From the NCBI RefSeq assembly GCF_016433145.1, contig NC_058132.1, positions 75,086,952 through 75,150,951 on the forward strand: 64,000 nucleotides of DNA. Direction: 5' to 3'. The first letter of the stretch is position 1. Each line of letters starts with the position of its first letter. The stretch is from Gracilinanus agilis (lineage: Eukaryota). The notes beneath the pieces were generated by a model, which was not told the DNA's origin, did not search any database, and saw nothing but the letters and a program-made list of their open reading frames with translations. Shown piece after piece: positions 31,400-45,899 of this stretch. The position numbers and the translations under genes are program-made.

Positions 31400-34250
31400 A
31401 AAGAAACCCACTTAAATCAACAGCATTTCTACATATCTCCAACAAAACTCAGCAGCAAGAGTTAGAGAGATTAAGTTAGAAAGTTGGAAATTGAGTTTAG
31501 TTAGAAAGTTAAAAATAGAGATTAAGTTAGAAAGAGAACCATTTAAAATCACTCTAGACAATTTGGGAATCTGTCTGCCAAGACAATCACAGGAATTATA
31601 TTAACATAACAACAAAACACTTTTCACACAATTAAAACTAGATCTAAACAATTAGAAAAACATTAATTGTTCATGGTTAGGAAGAGCTAATATAATAAAA
31701 ATGACAATCCTACCTAAACTAATTTACTTATTCAGCCCCATACCTATCAGACTACCAAATTTTTTTTATAGAATTAGAAAAATTTATAACAAAGTTCATC
31801 TAGAAGAACAAAAGATCAAGAATATCAAGGGACCTAATGAAGAAAAAATGTGAAGAATGGGGGCCTCACAGTACCAGATCTTAAACTGTACTACAAAGCA
31901 ATGATCGTCAAAACAATCTGGTACTCGATAAGGGATGTGTATCAGTGGAATAGACTAGGGGGAAATAACCTCAGCAATCTAGTGTTCAATAAACCTAAAG
32001 ACCCCAGCTTTTGGGATAAGAACTCACAATTTGACAAAAACTGATGGGAAAATTGGAAAACAGTAATGGCAAAAATTAGATTTAGATTTATATCTCACAC
32101 TCTATATTAAGATAAATTCAAAAAGGATATATGACTTAAATATAAAGAGTGATATTATAAGTAAATTAGGTGAATGTAGAATAGTATACCTGTCAGATCT
32201 ATGGGGAAGGGAAGAATTTAAGACCAAGTAAGAGATATAGAATATTACAAGATGTAAAATGAATAATTTTGATTATGTTAAGTTAAAAAGTTTTTGTATA
32301 AACAAAACCAATGCAACCTAAATTAGAAGGGAAGCAACAAACTGGGGGGAAAATGTATAACAAAATTATCTGACAAAGGTCTAATCTCTCAAATATATAA
32401 AGAACTAAGACAAATTTACAAGAAATCAAGTCATTCTCCAACTGACAAATGGACAAGGGATATGAATAGGCAGTTTTCAGGTGAAGAAATCAAAACTTAT
32501 CAATAATCATATGAACAAGTGTTCTAAATCCCTCCTGATTAGAGAAATGCAAATCAAAACAACTCTGAGATACCCCCATCTCATACCTAGCGGATTGGCC
32601 AATATGACAGTAAAAGAAAATCATAAATGTTGGAGGGGATGTGACAAAATTGGGACACTAATGCATTGCTGGTGGAGTTGTGAACTGATCTAACCATTCT
32701 GGAGGGCAATTTGGAACTGTGCCCAAAGGGATCCAGTAATACTACTACTAGATCTGTTTCCTAAAGAGATTTAAAAAATGTGAAAGGACCTGTTTGTACA
32801 AAAATATTCATAACTGCATTTTTTTGTGGTGGCAAAAAACTGGAAAATGAGGAGATGTCCCTTGATTGGGGAATGGCTGAGCAAATTGTAGTATATGATG
32901 ATGGTGGAATACTATTGCGCTCTAAGGAATGGTGAACTGGAGGAATTCCATGTGAACTGGAAAGACCTCCAGGAATTGATGCAGAGTGAAAGAAGCAGAA
33001 CCAGGAGAACTTTATACACAAAGACTGATACACTGTGGCACAATTGAATGTAATGGACTTCTATACCAGCAGCAATGCAGTGATCCAAGACAATTCTGAG
33101 GGACTTATGAGAATACTATCTACATACAGAGAAAGAACTGTGGGAGTAGAAACACAGAAGAAAAACAACTGCTGGATCCCATGATTCAATGGGAATATGA
33201 TTGGGGATGTAGACTCTAAACGATCATCCTAGTACAAATATCAATAATATGGAAATAGGTCTTGATCAATGACACATGTAAAACCCAGTGGAATTCTTCG
33301 TTAGCTATAGGAGGGGGGAGGGAGGAGAGGAGGGAAAGAGCATGAATCATGTAACCATGGAAAACTATTCTAAATTAATTAATTAAATTTTTTCAGATCA
33401 CAAAAAAAGAGATAAAAAATGGGAAAGAACCTGTTTGTACAAAAATATTTATAGCTGCATTCTTTTTTTGTGGTGGCAAAAAAACTGGAAAATGAGGAAA
33501 TGTCCCTTGATTGGGGAATGGCTGAGCAAATTATGGTATATGATGGTGATGTAATACTATTGTGTTATAAGGAATGATTGAACTACTTGATTTCTATAAG
33601 AACCAGAAAGACCTACATGAACTGATGTGGAGTGAAATAAACAGAACCAGCAGAACATTACCCACAGTAACTGAAACACTGTGGGACAATCAGATGTCAC
33701 AGACTTTTCTACTAATAGCAATACAATGATCTAGACCAGTGATGGGCAGACTTTTTAAAGAAGGGGCCAAAGGAAAGGAAATGCTCATCTGTCAGTCTGT
33801 ATCTAAGGCAACTCTTTCGAAGTTTCATTGTATTGTATCCTACTCATTGTATTTGTCAGATTAGGAATAATGCCGCTGGGCAGAATAGAACATTTCAGGG
33901 GACCACATCTGGCCTGTAGGCTATAGTTTGCTCATCACTGCTCTAGGACAATTCTGAGGGACTTACTGAGAAAGAATGTTATCCACAGCTAGAGAAAGAA
34001 CTGTGGGAGTGGAAATGCAGAAGAAAACATATGATTTATCACTTGTTTATATGGGTATAGGACTTGGGGTTCTGGGTTTAAAACATTACACCATTACAAA
34101 AATGAAAGATATGGAAATAGGTCTTAACTAATAATATATGTAAAACCCAGTGGAATTGCTTGTCAGCTCTGGGAGTGGGAAGGGAAGAGGAGAGGGAGAG
34201 AACACGAATCATATAACCATAGAAAAATATTTTTTAAAAATAATAAAATC
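31400..34250 (+). mobile_element. L1 ORF2 3' portion with two consecutive 3' ends
   Basis: GGLTVPDLKLYYKAMIVKTIWY and HMNKCSKSLLIREMQIKTTLRY motifs. The 3' segment occurs twice (about 32765-33400 and 33410-34250). Confidence 0.85.
33737..33940. mobile_element. hAT MITE, 204 bp, inserted in an L1 3' end
   Basis: 15-bp TIRs CAGTGATGGGCAGAC / GTTTGCTCATCACTG (2 mismatches). Flanks atctagac / ctctagga resemble the NTCTAGAN target. Confidence 0.85.
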
Positions 34251-35074
34251 TTATCAAACCTGGCCTCAGACAATTCTTAGCTGGGTGACTCTGAGAGAGT
34301 CACTTAACCTTAATTGCCTGGCTTTTATCACTCTTCTGCCTTGGAATTGATACTAAGAGAGATGGTGAGAGTTTAAAAAAACAAAAACAAAAACAACCCA
34401 ATACCACATGCCTGTGTGTGTGTGAGAGAGACTCCATTTGGTGGACATGTAAATGGAGGTGTCTGGATGTGTGTAGGGTTGTCACACCTGAGGCGATCAC
34501 ATATCTGTAAGCCTGAGCATCTATGCTTGGGAATAAGAGGTGTGTTTACTGTGTATAAAAAGGATGGCCCTCGGTGAGAGCTGTGGGTGCTCTGAACCCT
34601 CCACCCCCAGCTGCCTTCACCCAGGAGGGTTCCCCCTCTGATGCTGACTGTTTTCAGAGAAAACACAGGAAGCCACTTCAGGCGCAAAGCGAAGACTACA
34701 GCAACAGGACATGGGAAGTGGCATGGGCGAGCGCCGCCTTCTCCCAGGTAGAGGGGAGATTGGAGGTTTGTGTGTGTGAGCCTCCAGTCTGCAGCAGGAC
34801 CCCAGCCCTGCCCCATCTCCCTTTCCTCGTGCTGCCCAGAGATCCGGTTCTCCCATCTTTCCAAAGAGGGTAGGACCAACTCCCAAGGAATGAAGGTGGA
34901 ACGGTGGGACTTCAGTCAGGCAGAGAGGAAAGTCTGGCATCTGAGGTCCCATGGCCCCCCCATCCAGTATCCACAATACCCTGAGGATGACAGCAGGAAG
35001 GGTCCTCTCCCCAGCCCCTACCTCCATCCCCAAACACTCACCCACCTTCAGGAATGGCTTGATGTTTTACATAA

Positions 35075-35340
35075 TTGATTTAGCTCCTTGTGTATTTGAG
35101 TAATTAGACCTCTGTCAGAGTTTTTTGTTATAAATATTTTTTTCCCAGTTTGTTGTTTCCCTTCTGATTTTGGTTGCATTGTTTTTGTTTGTACAAAACC
35201 TTTTTAATTTAGTATTATCAAAATTATTTATTTTATATTTTGTAATTTTTCTAACTCTTGCTTGGTTTTAAAATCTTTCCTTTCCCAGAGATCTGACAAG
35301 TACACTACTCTGTATTCACTTAATTTACTCACAGTTTCCT
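35075..35340 (-). mobile_element. L1 ORF2 fragment
   Basis: Reverse complement of the L1 segment seen at about 7130-7350. Confidence 0.75.
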
Positions 35341-38300
35341 TCGGATAGGATTCATAGGACCTAGAATGTCAGCATTTAGACCAGAGAAAACGAAATCTGG
35401 GCCATCTTTAGGATATCCTGACTCCAGGCGTTTTCTCTTGCTTCATCTCTGTCTCCCGACTTCCTTCCAGGCCCAGATGAAATCCTTCCTTCTTCGGGAA
35501 GCCTTTCCTAATCCCACTTAATGCTGTTAATGATCTCCTCCGTAGCCTGGATGTAGCTCCACCGTCCCTAGTTACTTGGACATTTGCCTCTCAGAAGAGA
35601 CGGGGAGCTCCTCGAGAGCAGGAATCACATTTTGCCTTTCTTTGCATCCCCAAAGCTTAGCACAGTGTCCGGCACCTAACAGGCACTTCATAGATCCTTG
35701 TTGACCCGATGGCTGGCTGATGAACTGACAGCCAGGAGGGGCTTTAGAACCCAGCATGGCAGAGACAGAAGGAATCTTAGAACACAGAAGAGGACAGGAC
35801 TGTTGAATAGGAGATTGAGAAGGAAACCGAGGGGTCCTCTTGTCCAGTTTCCTTTTTTATATCTAAGGAAGCTGACCTAAAGCAGCGCAGACTGGATGGC
35901 AAACCAGGCCCTCTTAGTCCATCCCTGCTGCTGTCCAGGCCCCCATCAAATACACAACAACAGGCGTATGTCACTGAATTCCATAGGATGCCATTATTGC
36001 CCTCGTCCCCAACTTGAGAGAGAATGTAGTCAGCAAAATAACGTTCACGTTCTAAATAACTCCTCGGTTCTCTAATTCTCTGGTTTATGAAGCATTTTCT
36101 CAACAACAACCCTTTGATTCAAGAGCTATCATCTCCATTTTATTTTATTTGTTTGTTTGTTTGTTTATTTATTTATAAAAACCCTTGCCTTCCATCTTGG
36201 AGTCAATACTGTATATTGGCTCCAAGGCAGAAGAGTGGTAAGGGCTAGGCAATGGGGTCAAGTGACTTGCCCAGGGTCACACAGCTGGGAAGTATCTAAG
36301 GCCAGATTTGAATGTCTCTAGGCCTGGCTTTCAATCCACTGAGCCACCCAGCTGCCCCATCTTTGTTTTATCAACGAAGAAACTTATTTCCTCCGTCCCA
36401 GAGGGGTAAAATTCATACAACTGGTAAAGGGCTGAAGCAGGCCTCGAACCCAGATTTCAGGGCCCCCAGGGTTAGTGCTCATTCGTTTGTACTGTACTCT
36501 TGGGTCAGCAATGTGTCTGTGGAAATTGTGTGTCAAAGAAAACTCCAATGGGGGTGGAGAGCAGGCAGGGAGGGCCCCAAGAAAGATGGGACTTCAGAAG
36601 GATCAGTAAGAGTGGGGGCTTCCCCTTGCACCCCAAATTATCTCCCTCATTTCCTGAATTTCCATCTATCGCTCACATTCTTATCTTGCTTCATCATATA
36701 TTGGAAGGTGTTTTTTTTTTTCCTCACAACAGCTCTAGAAAGAGGTTCCTCTAAACATTATCATGGTAGTCACAGAGGTGAGGCTTAGGAACATAGATCA
36801 CAGATTCAGTTTTAGTACAGGAGGTGATTGGGTTCAACCCTCGTCATTTTACAGGGAGGAAGCTGAGGGCCAGAGATGTGAAGCAATTTATCCAAGCTCA
36901 CATTGTGAGTAAGGGGCATATCAGGGATTTGAACCCAGGTTTTCCAATTCCTGATTCATACACTTTCCAATCCATCAGGGACTCGAACCCAGATCTCCTG
37001 ACCCAGCTAGAGNNNNNNNNNNNNNNNNNNNNNNNNNNNNNNNNNNNNNNNNNNNNNNNNNNNNNNNNNNNNNNNNNNNNNNNNNNNNNNNNNNNNNNNN
37101 NNNNNNNNNNNNNNNNNNNNNNNNNNNNNNNNNNNNNNNNNNNNNNNNNNNNNNNNNNNNNNNNNNNNNATGGGAGTCATGGGGGTAGGCAGCAGAGATG
37201 AAGAAGGGAGAAAGATGATGAAATTCCCAGTAAACTCTGCTAAGACTGTCCCCAGTGGGAAAGAGAGGTTGAGGAGGGAGGAGGATGTTTGGAGAGGCCA
37301 CTGAAGGCAGGTGATAAAAAATCGAAAAGATTGATTGCACATGGTTTGGAGACCCCAGAGAAGATGACTTTAGTTCTCTGAGGCCCTTGGAGACTTGCCT
37401 GAACGACTTCTTAGCCAGCCAGCATCCTAAGGGCAGCTAGGTAGCATAGTGGATACCAAACCAAACTGGAGTCGGGAGGTCCTGCGTTCAAATCTGACCT
37501 CAGACACTTCCTAGCTGTGTGACCCCGGGAAAGTTGCCTAGCCCTTACCACTCTTGGGCCTTAGAACTAATACATAGTATTGATTCTAAGATGAAAGGTA
37601 AGGGTTAAAAAAACAAACCAACCAAAAGATTTCCTTAGCCAACATCCAGTGGAAAAGGAAATTTTCCAAAGGAACTTCAGGGTCAAGCTCCCACTGCCAA
37701 TCATGCCCCTTATCCTCTCTCCACCCCAGTTAAAATAGCCTTCCTTCCTTTCTTCCCTTCCTGTGCCTGGTCCTTCTGGGCCGCCTCTTCATGAAGACTC
37801 TCCATCCCACATTGGAAATCTTCCTTGCTATGCGTATCCCGGAAGCTCTGGGAAAGGGATAAAAAGCCTTCCCTCTCCCAGGGGTCTCTGGCAGCTAAGG
37901 GTCTCCTTCCCACAGGACTGTGACCCTAACACTCCCCTCCTTGGGCTTGCTGAACAAACTGTCCTCTATTTGTCCAAACAAATGGGAGAAAAGAACACTC
38001 CAGCTTCCTCCGTGCCTCTGAGGTCATCATCCAGAACTAGGAGAGATCTCAGGGGCCATCTAGTCCAGAGCCCTCCTTTTAGTCAGGGGACAAAGTAGTC
38101 ACCATCAGAAGCGGTTTATAGCCCCATCCTTGCATTACTTAGTCATGTGGCCTCAGTTTCTATCTGATGAGAGGTCTGAACTAAATGTCTCCAAATACAC
38201 TTAAAACAAAACAAAACACCCAAACCCTTACCTTCTGTCTTACAGTTGATACTAATTCTCAATTCCAAGGCAGAAGAGGTATAAGGCTAGGCAACTGGGC

Positions 38301-38999
38301 TTAAGTGACTTGCCCAGGGTCACACAGCTAGGGAGTATCTGAGGCCACATTTGAACCCAGGACTTCCCATCTTCAGGTCTTGCTCTCTATCCACTAAGCT
38401 ACCCAGCTGCCCCTTGTAAATGCACATTAAAGCAGTTGGGGAATTCCCCAAAGCCTCGGCTCATCTAGTCTCACCTGACCCAGGCAAAGGGTCACTTTAG
38501 GTCCCACCTTATGGCCCACCCCATCCCAAGAGCCCGGATACAGTCTAAAGCTTTTCCGCTCTCCTCCCTCCTGCCGCTGGCTCCTGGGCACTCACTCCTG
38601 TGATGCTGCCCCTGCTTGGACTCAGCTCCTCTGGCTCCAAACCCAGCTCCCCTGTGCCCCGGCCAAGTTTCAGGGACTTCCCCAAAGCCTTGTTGGAGAA
38701 GGCAGCCTTTGCCCCCAGGACCCGGGGACCGCTGCTACCTCCCTGTGGGGCTGGGGTCAAGATTCTCACACAGGCTTAAGGTCGGGGATCCCCAGAGACA
38801 AGTCTGGGATCTCCAGAACGATCGTGGGGTTACCATGGGGCCGATGCCAGGGGATGAGGCGGCGCTGCAGCCTTCTCGGGGCTAGTCCAGAGTCACTAGT
38901 GTCCCACAGGGCCCAGATTCTCCCAAGACCCTTCTCAAGGCTTCCTGCCATCCCCTTCCCTTTGGATGCCCCTGGAAGCGCTGGGCACCCTTTCCTTAC

Positions 39000-39150
39000 C
39001 TGCCTATGGTGGGCTCCTGCCTGGTATGTTCACTGAGCCCGGCTCACATGGTCCTTCTGGTCCATCAGCCCCGTCACCCCCCGGAGGATGGACGAGGCTT
39101 CCAGCTCCTTGTCACTGCCTCAATTTGCCTTCTCAGCAACCAGCCCACGT
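39000..39150 (-). other. LCK: LCK distal (type II) non-coding first exon
   Basis: Strong donor CAG|GTAAGG at 39000/38999. The exon contains GGTTGGACGTGGGC and AGGACCATGTGA, resembling the human distal 5'UTR as I recall it. It sits between FAM167B and the LCK body, as in human. The 5' end is approximate. Confidence 0.7.
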
Positions 39151-39300
39151 CCAACCCCAACTTCCTGTCTCCTTCTGAGAGAGTGAGTGAGAAAGAAGGC
39201 AGCAGCCAACCCCAGAACCCAAGTCAGGCCCTCCCTCAACCACAAGCCCAGAACAACAGTGCCAGCCACGCCCCCCAATATCCAGGGGCCTGGTAGTAGG
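39150..39300 (-). promoter_or_regulatory. LCK distal promoter
   Basis: ETS site ACAGGAAGT (39160-39168) immediately upstream of the putative exon. Confidence 0.55.
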
Positions 39301-39470
39301 GAGCTGTGGTCACAGGGGGTTCCAGGCTTCCCCACCAGGTGGAGAAAGGGGGGGACAGACTGTAGAGAGCATTGGAGTCAGAAGACGTAGGGTGGAGTTG
39401 TGTGACTTTGGGTAAGTCACTTCCCCTCAAGAGGTTTCTTCTTCTGTTTAGTGAGCTGGTTGGACTTGAT

Positions 39471-39640
39471 CAGGGGTTCTTAGCATTTTTTGGTACCATG
39501 GACCCCTTTGGAAGACTGGTAAAACCTATGGATTCCCTCTCAGAATGTTGTTGTTAATCATCATTGAAGGAAATGATACATTTTATTTAAAGAGTAGTAA
39601 AAGTAAAGATCTGTTTTCTTCCCATCCAAGGATCCCCCCA
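39471..39640. mobile_element. Old hAT/MER-type DNA transposon relic
   Basis: Begins caggggttcttagc...catggacccctttgg...aaacctatgga, typical of ancient Charlie-derived MITEs. The right end is degraded. Confidence 0.5.
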
Positions 39641-40589
39641 GGAAATCTATTCCCAAACCTTGGTCGTCTGGTGCCCAAAGGTCTCTACAAAGAAGAGGAC
39701 CTTGGGAACATCTGGACCACCAGGGGAAGTAATCTCCCTTTCCATCCCTAGCCCACTCCTCCCACATAGACTGATTGATGCACCACTGGCTTGCTATGTG
39801 ACCTTGTCTCTGAGTTTGAATTTCCATCTTTTCTAGATGAAAGGATTGAAATGATAGAGAATCACAGACTTTGAGATGAAAGACCACAGAGGCCATCTAG
39901 TCCAACCCACCCATTTTACAGATGAGGAAACAGTCACTAAACATTTATTAAACATCTCCTAAGTGCCAGCCATTGTGCTAAGGTCTGGGGGATACAGAAA
40001 GAAGCAAAAAAAGAACCCCTGCCCACAGGAGCTTCCCACCAAATGGATCTATAGGAATTCGGTGACTTGCCCCAGATCCTACAAAGGATCAGAAGCAGAA
40101 CTAACTTTGGAACTCGGGTCCTCAGACTCCAGACCCCACACACTTTCCACTGTATCACGGCACCTCCTTCAGACTAGATGGCCTCTAGGGGTCCTTTCAG
40201 CCCTGACTTCCCTTTGGGGACAACAAGCGCACACTGGCAATGTTGTGGGAAAGCTCTGGGCTCCCTGCAGGCCTCTGAGGCACCCCAGCTCAGACACGAA
40301 GCTCAGTAAGGGGCAGAGATGAGTCAACAGGCCTCCTTGCCCTCAAGGCCACAGAGAATCACTCAACTCAGTGAACCCTGCCAGGGTGGATTCACTGCTG
40401 TGCTGGAAACAGCTCCCATAACCTCGCCTTGAGCCAAGATGTTGAGGAAAGGGGAGGGGTGAGGGGACAGGGGAAGAGGAGGCCACAGAGACATTGTTGG
40501 GGTTTGAGAGGTGGAAACTGGTGCTGGTCTTGCTCACCTCAACTGAGGCGGGTGAGGGGGGCAGGAAATGGGGGAGGGGAAGGAAGCCA

Positions 40590-41745
40590 AAGATGGAAAG
40601 TCAGACAAAGAGAGGTGAACAGCAGAAACAAAAGCTATAGAGGGAGAGGAACAAAGAGACAAACATAGAGACTGAGACACAAATGTAAAAGGAGAGACAG
40701 AAAGGAGAGAGGGGGAGAGGGACAGACAGAGAGGGAAGGAAGGAAATAGAGGAGGAAAAAGAGAGAGAACAAGAGAGGAGGGAGAGAGACACAAAGGGAC
40801 CAGGAGGGAAGGAGGGAGGGAGAGAAAAACAGAGAGGGGTAGAAACAGTTAGAAAGAAGGGGAGAAGGGGAGAGAGAGAGAGAGAGANNNNNNNNNNNNN
40901 NNNNNNNNNNNNNNNNNNNNNNNNNNNNNNNNNNNNNNNNNNNNNNNNNNNNNNNNNNNNNNNNNNNNNNNNNNNNNNNNNNNNNNNNNNNNNNNNNNNN
41001 NNNNNNNNNNNNNNNNNNNNNNNNNNNNNNNNNNNNNNNNNNNNNNNNNNNNNNNNNNNNNNNNNNNNNNNNNNNNNNNNNNNNNNNNNNNNNNNNNNNN
41101 NNNNNNNNNNNNNNNNNNNNNNNNNNNNNNNNNNNNNNNNNNNNNNNNNNNNNNNNNNNNNNNNNNNNNNNNNNNNNNNNNNNNNNNNNNACAGACAGAC
41201 AGATAGAGGAGGAGGAGAAGGAGAGAGACAGAGACAGACAGAAAGACAGAGGAAGAGAAGGGGAGAGAGGGAGGAGGAGACAGAGATAGAGACAGGGAGG
41301 AGGGAGAGGGAGAGGAAGAGAGCAACAGAGAGAGGGAGGAGAGAGACAGAGACCCACAGAAAGACAGACAGAGGAAGGGAGGAGACAGAGAGATAGGCAT
41401 GGGGGGGGGGGGGAGAGAGAGAAAGAGAAAGAGAGAGAGAAGTCAGTGAGAGAGTGAGAGACAGGGAGATGGAGAAGGAGAGAGACAGAGACAGCCAGAA
41501 AGACAGAGACAGAGGAAGGAAGGGAGGGAGAGGGAGGAGACAGAGAAAGAGACAGACAGTGGGAGGGAGAAGGAAAGGGAGAGAAATAGAAAGACAGAGA
41601 TAGAGAGAGGAGACAGTTAGAGAGACAGAAAAAACCCTGAAAGACTGAGAGAGAGAAACAGGCAGACACACAAGGCAGAGAGCCAGAACCCCAAAAGCAG
41701 ATGACAAGAGAGAACAGAGCTAAATGAGAGAGAAAAGCTGGGGGT
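40590..41745 (+). repeat. Polypurine (GA-rich) low-complexity tract including a gap at 40888-41190
   Basis: gagagacagaga/ggaggaga motifs; the strand is almost devoid of T. Confidence 0.9.
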
Positions 41746-41865
41746 TTGAGACAGAAACAGGTTTTCCTCCCTTGAAAACCTGCAGCACACCTGGTGACCT
41801 CTCTCCATCCCCCAGTGACAAGGTAGCTGAGTAGCCCCAGGAGCCCACAGCAGGCAGGAATGGCA

Positions 41866-41871
41866 TTTATT
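41866..41871 (-). terminator. FAM167B poly(A) signal AATAAA
   Basis: tttatt about 215 nt past the stop. Confidence 0.65.
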
Positions 41872-42086
41872 GGAGGGCTTGGGTAAGGGTGAACATGCCC
41901 AAAGGGCCCTTGTCTCCTGGAGAGTGGGGAGAACTGGCCCTGGAAAGGCAGCAGGGCTCCCTCCCTCCCTCCAGTCTGTGAGCTGGGACCCTTCTCCTGC
42001 CCAGGGTCACTGGGGGTGGGGGCTGGGGTGGGATAGCCCTGAGGGAGCGCTGAGGATGCCCAGCTCTCTGCAGCAGGGCCGACTGC

Positions 42087-43945
<1,859 letters not shown>

Positions 43946-44352
43946 TCAGGGGGCAAAATGGGAAGTACCAGTCTGGAGGGTGGCAGAGTATTAGATTCTA
44001 ATGGGGGAGTAGAGACTGTGGGGTAGACTGGGAGAGCAAGTGCTAGGTTGGGTTGGGATCCCATCATAGAAATAGGATCCAAGACTTGATGGAGGCAAAA
44101 TTTGAGGAAGAAGAACAGACCGTGAAGGTGGTCCGGTCCCAGCCAAAAGGAAGGAAATAAGTGCCCAGTCTGGTGGGGGGCAAGTGCTAGTTGGGTTGGC
44201 ATACTCAGGATAGGTGTCAAAGATGGAATTCTCGGGGTTGGAGGAGATTGAAAGTACTGATCCTGGAGAAGAGCCTGGAGGGGCTTCAGGGTGGCCTCCC
44301 CGGTGGCACCCTGGGTGCCAAGGATCAGGGCACTTAAGTGATGAGCCAACTA

Positions 44353-44366
44353 CCCCCAGGGGGCGC
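44353..44366 (+). promoter_or_regulatory. Candidate CTCF site
   Basis: CCCCCAGGGGGCGC matches the CTCF core CCnCnAGRKGGCRS. Confidence 0.6.
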
Positions 44367-45498
44367 TCCTTAACCAACGATTACCAGATAAGCTGACAGA
44401 TACTGTCAGCATTTAAGGTAGCCCGGCAGGGACCCAACAGAGAGGACTCAATTTAAGTACTGGATAGGACCTTGGAGACCAGCTAATCCATCTGTTACTT
44501 CAGAGAAGAGACTGAGGATCAGAGTAGGAAGGGGATTTTGACAATCTAGGACTAGCTGGTGGCAAAACAAAGCAAGCTGGAGATAAAGTGTGTGCCTATT
44601 GATTGGGGAATGGCTGAACAAATTGTGGTATATTCATGTCTCCCTGTAAGAAACAAGAAACAGGAGGAATTCAATAAGACACAGGAAGGCATGAATGAAC
44701 TGATACAAAGGGAAGGAAGCTAAACCAGGAGAATATCATACACATTGGCTCTGAGTGAAAGGAAAAAGGCCCCTTACTAAGGGGCAAGGGAAGGGAAGGG
44801 GAAATTCATTTCTGCCCCTCCTCCCCCTTCCTTGGAGAGGTGGGCAAAATATCTTATACATTTCCTGGCACTGCCAAGAATGTTTGATTTAACTGTGTCT
44901 CCTTGTAAGGGAAGGAGGCTCACTGGAGATGGGGAGGGGGATATTTGGAAATGGCTGTGATAGAAAAACAAGCAATATTTTAAAATGCATTCATTTAAAA
45001 ATTAGTGGCAGGACTTCTATCCAGCACTTCTGCCTTCAAGTCCAGAGGGAAGGGGTGAGCCAGAGAGAGGAGAAGGAGGAAGGGAGGAGGACGAATTAGA
45101 CAGTTGCCTGGCCCATTATTTTAAGGAGCAAGGCAGAGGAGAAGAGAGCTCTGTGTTTGGGAATTGTTTGGGTGGACTGGGTTCAAGAACACCTGGGTCT
45201 CCAGTTAGATTCCAAGCAGTGTCAAACCTGAGCACCCAAAGCCCCTTAGCTGTGGGGCCACCTTAACAGCCCCATCTTGCAAGCTTCACCCGCCCCAGGG
45301 GCAGTTCCTGTTCCCCTACCCCATCCCAGGGACTGTCCAGATCATTGGGTTCCTGTTCTGGTCCTCCTTTTAGACTGAGAGGACTGCCTGTGCCCTGGGG
45401 CTGCAGCACCCTGAGACCCCAGCCTTTTTGAGTCTGACAACAATCACAACACCGTCAGACTCACCCCCTCCCCTGTCCCCCAGTCCTGGGCCTCCCGG

Positions 45499-45680
45499 AT
45501 GGAGTTCTCGGAACTGATCCGTACTGCCCGGGCAGAGGCGCTTCTCCTGCCTGGTCCTGGACAGTCTCCGGTGAGGGGCACTCTGTGTATCACCAGCCAC
45601 CACCTGCTGCTGTCTGCGGGGCAGGAAAGCCCTAGCGACCTGTGGCTGCTCTTGCGCAACGTGGATACGGTGGAAAAGCG
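45499..45680 (+). CDS. MTMR9-like exon 1 (PH-GRAM)
   Basis: MEFSELIRTARAEALLLPGPGQSPVRGTLCITSHHLLLS...VDTVEK(R). Confidence 0.92.
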
Positions 45681-45847
45681 GTGAGAGGGCTTGGGTTCGG
45701 GGCAGGGTCCTAGCTGGGGGTAGGGGAGAGGGGCAGGGGCAAGGGCAGCGTCCCAGATGGACGCAAGGGAAAGGAGTGGGGCGCAGGGAGCAAGAGCACG
45801 CTGTTAGTACCAAGGGAACATGGTGACGGGTGGAGAGGATGCTGCTG

Positions 45848-45899
<52 letters not shown>

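Noticed and set aside
40601-41707. Long ORFs (368 aa, 344 aa, 183 aa) on the minus strand
   Set aside because: They are S/L-rich translations of the GA low-complexity tract and run through N gaps; they are not genes.
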